DNA of 64,000 nt. It comes from Candidatus Omnitrophota bacterium. GTDB lineage: Bacteria; Omnitrophota; Gorgyraeia; Gygaellales; Profunditerraquicolaceae. This document shows positions 47,272 through 55,540 of the stretch, piece by piece. Position numbers and translations under genes: made by a program. The stretch's first letter is position 1, and each line of letters starts with the position of its first letter. Under the pieces are notes generated by a model. The model ran no database searches and was not told where the DNA came from. It was given only the letters and a program-made list of their open reading frames with translations. The stretch is from positions 52,978 through 116,977 of the forward strand of contig JBAZTA010000005.1 of the NCBI GenBank assembly GCA_041662125.1, written 5' to 3'.

Positions 47272-48106
47272 CGCTGCCTGCATTAAAGCGTGCTTGGATT
47301 CTCTGCGCGCGCAGGCAGGGGCCGGTTTTGAGGTTATTATTGTCGATAATGGATCGACAGATGCGACGCGGGATATAATAAAGGAGTCTTACCCGCAAGC
47401 TGCCCTGATCGCCAATACGGTTAATGTTGGAGCGGCGGGAGCGCGTAATCAAGGGATCAATGCTGCGCGGGGCAGCTGGGTACTTACTTTGGATTCGGAT
47501 ATTGTCTTAGGAGAACAGTTCCTGTCGCGTTTTGATACGTATTTGAGCGGATTACCTTTCGGCGTAGGGATGGTGCAGCCAAAAATACTGGACAGTAAAG
47601 CAAAGATTATTTATTCCTGCGGGATCCATATGTCCTGGTTTTTTCGTTTTTTTGATATCGGTTTAGGCAGCGCGGATAGTGAAAAATTTGGCAAAGAGCA
47701 AGATATTTTCGGGGTATGCTCAGCTGCTTCTTTTTATAGACGGCAAATGCTTTCTGATATCAAAGAATCATACGGTTATTTCGATGAGCGGTTTTTCTTT
47801 CTGGTCGAAGATGTTGACCTATCATGGAGAGCTCATGCCCGTGGCTGGAAAGCGCGGTATTTTCCTGATGCCGCCTGTTTTCATAAAGGCAATAGTTCTG
47901 GTTTTAGCCGTAAGGCAAGGCAGTACCTTTGCTGGCGTAACCGGAAATTGATGATCGCTAAAAACCAGCACGTATTTTTCCGCAGGGCAATATCTTTTGT
48001 TTTATATGACGCCCCCCGCGCGATATTCCTTTTCTTTGCTAACAGCTATGTGCGCCGCGCGCTGCTTCATATCGGGGAGACAACCAAGGATAAGCTGACC
48101 AGATGA
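47240..48106 (+). CDS. Family 2 glycosyltransferase
   Basis: MISIVIITCNSAACIKACLDSL...EVIIVDNGSTD, DSD motif. GAAGGTG RBS 7 nt upstream of the ATG at 47240. The ORF-track start at 47231 is GTG. Confidence 0.7.
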   Translation: MISIVIITCNSAACIKACLDSLRAQAGAGFEVIIVDNGSTDATRDIIKESYPQAALIANTVNVGAAGARNQGINAARGSWVLTLDSDIVLGEQFLSRFDTYLSGLPFGVGMVQPKILDSKAKIIYSCGIHMSWFFRFFDIGLGSADSEKFGKEQDIFGVCSAASFYRRQMLSDIKESYGYFDERFFFLVEDVDLSWRAHARGWKARYFPDAACFHKGNSSGFSRKARQYLCWRNRKLMIAKNQHVFFRRAISFVLYDAPRAIFLFFANSYVRRALLHIGETTKDKLTR

Positions 48107-48918
48107 GTTCAGATCCGTATTTAAAAGAATTAGAAAGCCAGAGTATTTATGTAATCAGGGAAGCGTATTGGGAATATAAGGATTCTTTAGCCCTCTTATG
48201 GAGTATGGGTAAAGATTCAACCGTCCTCGTGCACCTGGCGAGGAAAGCGTTTCTTGGAACGGTTCCTATCCCGGTCATACATATAGATACGACATTTAAA
48301 TTCCAACAGATCTATGATTTCCGGAAGCGTTACGCCGGGAAATGGGGATTAAAGCTGGTTGTCGCGCGCAATGAGGAAGCGATCCTTGATCGTATGTCGC
48401 CAAAGCTGGGAAGGTTTGAGTGCTGCAATGCTTTAAAAACAGAAGCGCTTAAACAGATCGTAGCAAAACGCGGCTTGAAAGCTTTACTGGTTGCTATACG
48501 CAGGGACGAGCACGCGATCAGAGCGAAAGAAAGGTATTTTTCTTCCCGCGATAAGGATTTTAAATGGGATTACGCTCACCAGTCCCTGGAATTGTGGGCG
48601 GAGTATTATAAGTCCCAAGGAAAAAAAGAAACGCATTTCCGCGTCCATCCGTTGCTGGGGTGGAGAGAGATCGATATATGGAGGTATACGAAACAGGAAA
48701 AACTTCCTGTTGTCAGCCTTTATTTCGCGCGAAAAGGGAAACGCTACCGCAGTATCGGTTGTGAATGCTGCTGTCAGCCGGTTGCTTCCCAAGCGCGCAG
48801 CCTTGAGAAAATCGTTCGGGAAATCAGTTCTACTTCTATCGCGGAGAGATCTGGCCGCATCCAGGATAAAGAAAAAGCGTACATGATGCAGAAATTGCGG
48901 TCATTAGGATACATGTAA
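48103..48918 (+). CDS. cysD: Sulfate adenylyltransferase subunit 2
   Basis: Near-collinear with E. coli CysD: LESQSIYVIREA, LLWSMGKDSTVLVHLARKAF (PP-loop), IDTTFKFQQIYDFRKRYAGKWGLKLVV, C-terminal LGWREIDIWRY. Confidence 0.9.
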   Translation: MSSDPYLKELESQSIYVIREAYWEYKDSLALLWSMGKDSTVLVHLARKAFLGTVPIPVIHIDTTFKFQQIYDFRKRYAGKWGLKLVVARNEEAILDRMSPKLGRFECCNALKTEALKQIVAKRGLKALLVAIRRDEHAIRAKERYFSSRDKDFKWDYAHQSLELWAEYYKSQGKKETHFRVHPLLGWREIDIWRYTKQEKLPVVSLYFARKGKRYRSIGCECCCQPVASQARSLEKIVREISSTSIAERSGRIQDKEKAYMMQKLRSLGYM

Positions 48919-48923
48919 ATACG

Positions 48924-50165
48924 ATGAATAAATATTTAAGAATAGCAGTAACGGGGGATGTTGATTCCGGTAAATCTACTTTGATCGGCAGGGTTTTATC
49001 TGAACTCAGCCCTGTTTCTGCCCATATGATGGATGAAGTCTCCCAGGCCTGTAAGCGCTTGGGAAGAGATTTTGAATTTGCTTATTTGTTAGATAGCCTG
49101 GAAGAAGAGCGGCAGGAACAACGCACGATTGATACCACGCAGGTTTTTTGTAAGGCGCGTAATGGCTTGGAAATCGTCTTTATTGATGTTCCCGGACACC
49201 GGGAATTGATTAAAAACATGCTCAGCGGAACTTCGCTGGCTGATGGGGCGATTTTGGTAGTTGATGCCGGCAAGCCAATAGCAGAACAGGCCAGGAGGCA
49301 CGCGTTTATTTTAGCATTTTTAGGTATCAGGCATGTTATGGTGGCTCTGAATAAGATGGATGCAATCGGGTTTCAGGAGCAGGAGTTTGAAAGGATAAAG
49401 GCCGGCATACAAGCATCCTTAAAACCAATAGGAATAGACCCGGAATTCTTTGTTCCGATATCGGCAAAAGAGGGGGAGAATCTTCTTAAGCCATCAAAGC
49501 GCATGAAATGGTATACTGGTGATACCCTTATTGACGCCTTAAGCTCTGTTCGTTTCAGGAAAAAGCCTCATGCAGCGCGTCCTGCACTTGAAAGCAAAGA
49601 ATTCGTTTTTTTAGTCCAGGATATTTATCAGCTTAAAAAGAAAAAGATCGCTGTGGGGCTGTTAGTGCTTGGCAGTATTGGTTTAAAATCATCCTGTTGC
49701 GTCTTGCCTCTGAATACGAAGAACAGGGTAGAGGAAATATTAGAATTGGGTAGATCAAGGAAGAGCGTTCGTTCGCCTGAAGGGCCGGGATTAGTGTTGA
49801 GGGATATGTCTTGCCTGAAGCGGGGGGATATTGTTTGTGTTTCTAAAAATCTTAACGTTACGTTTGAGTTCTCGGCAAAGGTTTTTTGTGTAAAACAACT
49901 GCGGAAAAATAAGAGTATTAATCTCAAGTGCGGGCCTCAAGAAACGGTAGCGCATGTTTCCCGGATAACGCATGCCTGGGAAACTTCAGGTTTACGCGAA
50001 ATAAATATTGACCAGGGGGTGGTAGAAGAAAATAATATTGCAGAGGTAAGAGTTTCTGTTGAACAGAGAATAGTATTCGCAGAACGAAGTTTCACCGGCA
50101 GTTTGGGAAGGTTTGTTTTACGCGATCACCAGGGAGATATCGAGGCAATAGGAATAATTCAATAG
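48924..50165 (+). CDS. cysN: Sulfate adenylyltransferase subunit 1 (GTPase)
   Basis: G1 GDVDSGKST, LDSLEEERQEQRTID, G3 DVPGH, G4 NKMD. Collinear with E. coli CysN. Length 413 aa. Confidence 0.85.
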   Translation: MNKYLRIAVTGDVDSGKSTLIGRVLSELSPVSAHMMDEVSQACKRLGRDFEFAYLLDSLEEERQEQRTIDTTQVFCKARNGLEIVFIDVPGHRELIKNMLSGTSLADGAILVVDAGKPIAEQARRHAFILAFLGIRHVMVALNKMDAIGFQEQEFERIKAGIQASLKPIGIDPEFFVPISAKEGENLLKPSKRMKWYTGDTLIDALSSVRFRKKPHAARPALESKEFVFLVQDIYQLKKKKIAVGLLVLGSIGLKSSCCVLPLNTKNRVEEILELGRSRKSVRSPEGPGLVLRDMSCLKRGDIVCVSKNLNVTFEFSAKVFCVKQLRKNKSINLKCGPQETVAHVSRITHAWETSGLREINIDQGVVEENNIAEVRVSVEQRIVFAERSFTGSLGRFVLRDHQGDIEAIGIIQ

Positions 50166-50171
50166 GAGCGG

Positions 50172-51374
50172 ATGGTTAAGTTTTTATTTAATTATATTGA
50201 TCCGGGGCCTGGTTTTATATTTGGGCAGAATCCTTCGCTTTTCTTGGGGGTGCTGGCTGGCCTGCTTGGCAGCCTGGTGTTTTTGATGCAACTTGGGTTT
50301 AAATTTCTGAAAAGGTTTTTTGTCGCAGGTATTTTACTCGTAATCCTTATAATCATGGGAGTTTTGATCATGCATACTATCTCGCCGCGTAACAAACGAA
50401 AAGTCGTTATTTTAGGGATTGATGCGATGTCCGCGGATATTGTCGAGCAACTCATGAGAGAAGGCAAACTGCCGAACCTTGCTTCTTTGAAGCTGCAAGG
50501 CTCGTATGCGCGCCTTGCCACGACTAATCCGAGTGAATCGATTGTTGCCTGGTCTAGCTTTTCGACCGGGCAAAACCCGGGTAGCCACGGGATTTTTGAT
50601 TTTATTATGCGTAACCCCGGGAAATATAGCCCCTATTTGGCTCTCAATGAGATTACCAGCAACGCTGATGGCAGTATGTTTATTACGAATAGAAAGCAGG
50701 GAGAGAATTTCTGGAATATTCTTTCCCGCAATAAGATCCCTTCGTATATTTATTTTTGTCCGAACACTTTCCCTCCTGAACGGATCATGGGGAAGATGAT
50801 TTCAGGTATGGGTGTCCCTGATATTTTAGGAACGATGGGGAAATTCTCTTTTTATACGACAAAGCCATTGACCCCGGCAGATAAAGAGAGCCGCGGCAGG
50901 GTGATCCAGGTTAGCGCAGATAACAACAGTATTGCGGCTTATTTGTACGGGCCGATGGTTGCTTCAAGCAATGCGCCTGCTGAATCTAAAATTCCGCTCA
51001 AGATAATTCTAAAACCCTCAGAGAATAAAGCGGCCATAACGGTTGGAGGCAAAAACGTTGTATTAAAAAAAGGCGCGTGGAGTGATTGGGTTGAAGTATC
51101 CTTTGATATTGGAGGGTTTCGTAAAGCGTATGGAATTACCCGGATGTACCTTAAATCGGTTTCTCCTGATTTTGAGCTTTACCTGAGCCCTGTTAATTTT
51201 GACCCGCAGCGCCCGCTTTTCAAGATCTCTTTTCCCAGTGGGCTGTCCCGTGAATTAGCCAAAGATAACGGCTTGTTTTACACTCAGGGGATGCCTTATG
51301 ATACCTGGGCTTTGACTGAAATGCGGCTTGATGAAGATGCATTCCTGGAATTGGTTGATGAGATCCCCGGTTAA
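50172..51374 (+). CDS. Nucleotide pyrophosphatase/phosphodiesterase (NPP, alkaline-phosphatase superfamily) N-terminal part, membrane anchored
   Basis: TM helix, then VVILGIDAMSADIVEQL and TTNPSESIVAWSSFSTGQNPGSHGI (NPP metal site 1 / Thr nucleophile region). Terminated by TAA at 51372-51374. Confidence 0.6.
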   Translation: MVKFLFNYIDPGPGFIFGQNPSLFLGVLAGLLGSLVFLMQLGFKFLKRFFVAGILLVILIIMGVLIMHTISPRNKRKVVILGIDAMSADIVEQLMREGKLPNLASLKLQGSYARLATTNPSESIVAWSSFSTGQNPGSHGIFDFIMRNPGKYSPYLALNEITSNADGSMFITNRKQGENFWNILSRNKIPSYIYFCPNTFPPERIMGKMISGMGVPDILGTMGKFSFYTTKPLTPADKESRGRVIQVSADNNSIAAYLYGPMVASSNAPAESKIPLKIILKPSENKAAITVGGKNVVLKKGAWSDWVEVSFDIGGFRKAYGITRMYLKSVSPDFELYLSPVNFDPQRPLFKISFPSGLSRELAKDNGLFYTQGMPYDTWALTEMRLDEDAFLELVDEIPG

Positions 51375-51419
51375 CATGAGAAAATTTGTTCCCGTGAATT
51401 AAAAAAACATTCATCAGGG

Positions 51420-52235
51420 GTGTTCTTTTATTATTTCGAGGTTCTGGATATCATTTCGCACATGTTTTGGCGGTATCAAGACACGCAGCATCCCCTCTAT
51501 GAAAATGATCCCCGCTATAAAGGGATCATCAATGGGTATTACGAAAAAGCAGATCAGATGGTTGGTAAAATACTTAAGCAGCTTGATAAAGATACTATAG
51601 TGATCATTCTTTCTGACCATGGGTTTACTGCTTTTCGTAGAGCCGTTAATCTTAATCGATGGCTTTTAGAACAGGGGTATCTTAGCCTCAAACCGGGTAC
51701 AGATGAAAGCAAAGGTTTTTTAGAGAATATCGATTGGCAAAAGACAAAAGCATATGCTTTGGGGTTTGGCGGCATTTATCTGAATAAAACAGCCAGGGAG
51801 TATTATGGGATTGTTTCTGACTCGGACGTTTTGGCGCTTAAAGATGAACTTAAAAGGAGGCTGCAGGTATTCATAGATCCGCACACGGGGGATAATGTTG
51901 TTCATGCTGTGTATCTGCAGGAAGAAATATTCCAGGGGCTGGCCTCTGGCAATGCTCCGGATCTATTCGTCGGGTTTAATGCGGGATATCGCGCGTCATG
52001 GCAGACAGCGTTAGGCGCAGTACCCAAGACGCTTATTGATGAAAATAAGCGAAAATGGAGCGGGGACCATTTGGTCGACCCCCATTTAGTGCCGGGCGTG
52101 ATCTTCAGTAACAAAAAAATCGCCGTGTCAGCGCCTTCGATAATTGATATTTTTCCGACTATTTTGAGGTTATATGGCGTTCGTTTTCCGGAAGATATAC
52201 CGGGAAAGCCTTTGTTGAGCAGCGATGATACTTGA
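51420..52235 (+). CDS. NPP-family C-terminal part (same frame as 50172-51374, separated by one in-frame TAA)
   Basis: VLDIISHMFW (D-x-x-x-H) and IVIILSDHGF (DHG metal site 2). Frame continuity with the upstream ORF: both starts are on the same phase (coordinate mod 3 = 0). Confidence 0.55.
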   Translation: MFFYYFEVLDIISHMFWRYQDTQHPLYENDPRYKGIINGYYEKADQMVGKILKQLDKDTIVIILSDHGFTAFRRAVNLNRWLLEQGYLSLKPGTDESKGFLENIDWQKTKAYALGFGGIYLNKTAREYYGIVSDSDVLALKDELKRRLQVFIDPHTGDNVVHAVYLQEEIFQGLASGNAPDLFVGFNAGYRASWQTALGAVPKTLIDENKRKWSGDHLVDPHLVPGVIFSNKKIAVSAPSIIDIFPTILRLYGVRFPEDIPGKPLLSSDDT

Positions 52236-52928
52236 GTATACTGCAGGCCACCTGATAAGCGGCACTTTAAAGAATGCTTCCGCGATGATGTTTGCTGTTT
52301 TCTTTGTCTCTCCTGATCTCCTTTGATAGAAGTCGATGGGAATTTCTTTGATCTTGAATCCTGCCTTGTATGCCCTATACATGAATTCGGCTTGAAACAC
52401 AAATCCGCTAGAGATAAACGTATCGAGCCGTATTTCTTCAAGCAGTTTCCTTTTAAAACACTTGAATCCTCCTAAAGAATCGCTTAAGGGCAGGTTTAAA
52501 ACAAAACGGGTATAGGCGTTGGCGCAATAACTCAAGAAAGTTATATGCGAGGGGTTTCTTTTGCTTCTGTGGTACCGCGTGCCTATGACAATGTCAGCTT
52601 GAGCGATCTCCGAGATAAATTCCGGCAGATAGCGCGGGTCGTGCGAGAAGTCAGCGTCCATTTGAATGATGTAATCCGCATTTAGCCTGAGGGCTTCTTG
52701 AAAACCCGCGATGTAAGCTTTCCCGAGCCCTGATTTTCTTTGCCTGTGCAAGACTTTGATACGGGGATTGTTTCCTGCGAGTTTGTCCGCGACTGCGCCG
52801 GTTGCGTCAGGAGAATTATCATCGACAAAAAGTATATGTGCCTGGGGCAGAAGGGAGAATATCCGTTCTGATAAAGGAGAAATATTGTCTTTCTCGTTAT
52901 ATGTCGGTATGACTATGACTGTCTTCAT
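52170..52928 (-). CDS. Polyprenyl-phosphate sugar synthase (DPM1/ArnC-like family 2 glycosyltransferase)
   Basis: VIVIPTYNEKDNISPLSERIF...ILFVDDNSPDATGAVADKL...KSGLGKAYIAGF...QMDADFSHDP. Classic DPM1-like motif set. Confidence 0.8.
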   Translation of the reverse strand: MKTVIVIPTYNEKDNISPLSERIFSLLPQAHILFVDDNSPDATGAVADKLAGNNPRIKVLHRQRKSGLGKAYIAGFQEALRLNADYIIQMDADFSHDPRYLPEFISEIAQADIVIGTRYHRSKRNPSHITFLSYCANAYTRFVLNLPLSDSLGGFKCFKRKLLEEIRLDTFISSGFVFQAEFMYRAYKAGFKIKEIPIDFYQRRSGETKKTANIIAEAFFKVPLIRWPAVYSSIIAAQQRLSRYIFRKTNAI

Positions 52929-54039
52929 CGTTGATCGATATTCCTAATAAGAGCCACCAGGCCATCGCTACCTCTGGCAGAAAAAAAGTGAAATCAATAA
53001 GGTTATGTATGAGAAAAACCGAAACGCAAGACAGGACTGCGATAGTGGTACGTTGGTTTTCCCGGCTCAAGCGTATGCTGCCCATCGCTTTTTTGCAGGA
53101 TCCTGCGACCAACCAGATAAAAGCCAGAAGGCCCGTTATTCCCATTTCAGCCCAGATCTGTAAATATGAGTTATGAGCGAATCGTGTTTGGGGAAGGTTA
53201 AAATTGCCTATGCCGATGCCGGTAAAGGGGGCTTTAAAAATAATAGTGAAAGTTTCTTTCCAATAGTTCATTCTCGCTAAAGTCGAGAATATAGGTTGGA
53301 TATGTACTTTTGCCGTAGTCGTGCGCATTATGGCAACGATCCCCAGGATCAGGAGCAATGAGCCAAGTAGTGCCATAACTATTTTACGGTCTTTGATCTG
53401 TAATACTATGTAAAGGCATAACCCTAAGAACGTGCTGGCGATGGCGCCAAAAGAGCGGGTGAGCAGCAGCGTTAAGACCAAAGGAATCATATACCAGCTT
53501 TTTTTGGGGTTGATGAGGGTAAGCGGGATAAACATGCCCACATAACCGCCGAGCATGTTCGGGCTGACAAAAGGGAAATATGCCCTGTTTTGGTTAAGGG
53601 TTTCAATGATGTAAGGGGCTTTGATCCCGTGCATTCTTACGTAATGCAAGAGATTGAGGTATCCAAAAAAGTATTGATACATTGCAGCCAGGCTTACGAT
53701 GAGCGCAAAGATGACCATTGCATGAATGCACAGGGATTTCTGACGGCTGGTAAAAGTTGCGGCAAGAAAGAGAATGAGGATGCCGCTTGTATACTTGGAG
53801 AGTTCTGCAATACTGTTTAATTTTACAAGCGAGAAGGCAACCGAAATTATCAGTGACAGGCAAAACAAAAGTATTGGCAAGGCAATTGGCTTCAGAGACT
53901 GAGAGGCCTTGATCTTGAGGATACAATACAGCATTGCGAAGCAAAGAAAAAATGTAGAATATAGATAATTGAGCTGCGGGTATGCTAAAGAAGAGATAAA
54001 AGGCCGGAAAAAGATTAACAATAGAAAGAAGATAAACAT
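52897..54039 (-). CDS. O-antigen ligase/polymerase family membrane protein (Wzy_C domain)
   Basis: ~10 TM helices. HNSYLQIWAEMGITGLLAF (H-N-x-Y-L...E-x-G-x-x-G, Wzy_C signature). Confidence 0.65.
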   Translation of the reverse strand: MFIFFLLLIFFRPFISSLAYPQLNYLYSTFFLCFAMLYCILKIKASQSLKPIALPILLFCLSLIISVAFSLVKLNSIAELSKYTSGILILFLAATFTSRQKSLCIHAMVIFALIVSLAAMYQYFFGYLNLLHYVRMHGIKAPYIIETLNQNRAYFPFVSPNMLGGYVGMFIPLTLINPKKSWYMIPLVLTLLLTRSFGAIASTFLGLCLYIVLQIKDRKIVMALLGSLLLILGIVAIMRTTTAKVHIQPIFSTLARMNYWKETFTIIFKAPFTGIGIGNFNLPQTRFAHNSYLQIWAEMGITGLLAFIWLVAGSCKKAMGSIRLSRENQRTTIAVLSCVSVFLIHNLIDFTFFLPEVAMAWWLLLGISINDEDSHSHTDI

Positions 54040-54102
54040 TGTGATATAATTTTAGTCAATATTAACCTAAAAGTCAAATAGATTCATTTTGCATGGTGCC
54101 CT

Positions 54103-55092
54103 ATGGACGCTCGGATATGTAAAAAATGCGTACTACCGGAATTTAAGCCTGACATATGGCTTAATCAGGACGGGGTCTGTAATATCTGCGTCGATTTCCA
54201 GGAACATAAAGCTTCAGGAAAATCCCTGCCGCCGCTTGAATCGGAATTTACTAAACTATTGCTTAAGTTCAGGGGGAAGAATAAATATGATTGCCTGGTG
54301 ATGTGTAGCGGCGGAAAAGACAGCACCATAAGCCTGTATTACATGAAGAAAAAGTACCATCTGAATGTCCTGGCATTTACTTTTGATCATGGTTTTGAGA
54401 ATGACGAGGCTTTGGAGAATATACGAAACGCCGTTGATATCCTTGGAGTCGAATGGTTATATTTTAAGTCTGATTTTATGAAAGACGTTTTCCGCCGTAT
54501 GATAGAAACAAATACCAGCGCGCCGTTATGCCATGTCTGCGCGATCTGGTATCTGCAGCTCACTTATGATGTTGCCGCGCGCTACCGTATCCCGCTGGTT
54601 GTCGCCGGCTGGACAAAAGGGCAATCAACGGAATATGGAGAATTGGGAACGGAATACACCGCGATGTCTAAAGCCACACAGGTTTTTATCCGGGAGTATT
54701 TAAGGGTATTGCCACAGTATAAAGATTTCCCCCTCAGCATTAAAGAAGTCCTGCAGATATCCCGGAGAAAGTTTCGTATAACTTCTGTTTCTCCTCACTG
54801 GTTCCTGCGCTATGAGCCTGAAGAAATCATGCAAACATTGCAAAAAGAGCTGCGCTGGAAGGCGCCTCTCATGAGTTATCCTAAGGATTCGACCAATTGT
54901 ATCATGAACTTTGCCAGTGTCTATCAGACTATGCGGCATTTCGGGTATACTCATTATCATGTTGAAATGAGCAAACTTATAAGAAAGAACGAAATGACCA
55001 GGCAGGAAGCTTTAAAGCTTTTAGCGATCGATTTTGATAAAGCCTATTGTGATTCACTGCTGAGTAAGATCGGATGCTGTATTGCACAATAA
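54103..55092 (+). CDS. N-acetyl-sugar amidotransferase-like PP-loop ATPase (WbuX/LPS biosynthesis family-like)
   Basis: N-terminal zinc-ribbon cysteines (CKKCVLPE...GVCNIC) followed by the PP-loop LVMCSGGKDST. Confidence 0.6.
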   Translation: MDARICKKCVLPEFKPDIWLNQDGVCNICVDFQEHKASGKSLPPLESEFTKLLLKFRGKNKYDCLVMCSGGKDSTISLYYMKKKYHLNVLAFTFDHGFENDEALENIRNAVDILGVEWLYFKSDFMKDVFRRMIETNTSAPLCHVCAIWYLQLTYDVAARYRIPLVVAGWTKGQSTEYGELGTEYTAMSKATQVFIREYLRVLPQYKDFPLSIKEVLQISRRKFRITSVSPHWFLRYEPEEIMQTLQKELRWKAPLMSYPKDSTNCIMNFASVYQTMRHFGYTHYHVEMSKLIRKNEMTRQEALKLLAIDFDKAYCDSLLSKIGCCIAQ

Positions 55093-55114
55093 CCGGGGGC
55101 CTTGGCTATTACCT

Positions 55115-55339
55115 ATGGAGTTTAAGAAGAAGCTAAAGGAGTTTGTCGGCATAATCCAAAAGGTAATCATAACGTTTCTTTTGTTTTTTTTGTACCTTTT
55201 TGCTTTTGGGGCCATGTTTTTATTCATGAAAGCCTTTAGAATCAACTTAGGTTGCTCCGGGCGATCAGGCGCCGCTTCTTTTTGGGAAAAAGCCAAAGGC
55301 TATTGCAGCGGCATGGATGAAAGTATGAGGGGGTCTTAG
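55115..55339 (+). CDS. Small hydrophobic protein upstream of the carbamoyltransferase (hypothetical)
   Basis: MEFKKKLKEFVGIIQKVIITFLLFFLYLFAFGAMFLFMKAF; one TM helix. The ORF-track start at 55082 is TTG; ATG at 55115 preferred. Confidence 0.35.
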   Translation: MEFKKKLKEFVGIIQKVIITFLLFFLYLFAFGAMFLFMKAFRINLGCSGRSGAASFWEKAKGYCSGMDESMRGS

Positions 55340-55344
55340 GAAAC

Positions 55345-55506
55345 ATGAAGAAAATAGCCTATATTTTTAAGGAAATGTTTTATATGATCCGCCTGCATAA
55401 ATTATTTTTTATCGCACCACTCCTGTTTGTCCTGGCGTTATTAGCTATACTCGTTTATTATGTCGGGCCAACTGTCATTATGTCGTTCATTTACGCGGGT
55501 ATCTGA
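55345..55506 (+). CDS. Small membrane protein (53 aa, below ORF-track cutoff), hypothetical
   Basis: ATG at 55345, translation MKKIAYIFKEMFYMIRLHKLFFIAPLLFVLALLAILVYYVGPTVIMSFIYAGI, GAGGGGG upstream. Small TM proteins of this kind commonly accompany NodU/CmcH-type carbamoyltransferases (recollection, not searched). Confidence 0.3.
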   Translation: MKKIAYIFKEMFYMIRLHKLFFIAPLLFVLALLAILVYYVGPTVIMSFIYAGI

Positions 55507-55540
55507 GTTTTGACTTGAGAATCAATCATACGGGAATCCT

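Noticed and set aside
50172-52235. Annotating 50172-51374 and 51420-52235 as two independent genes
   Set aside because: They share one reading frame with a single intervening TAA, and the catalytic motifs of one NPP-type domain are split between them. Reported instead as a disrupted or possibly read-through single gene.
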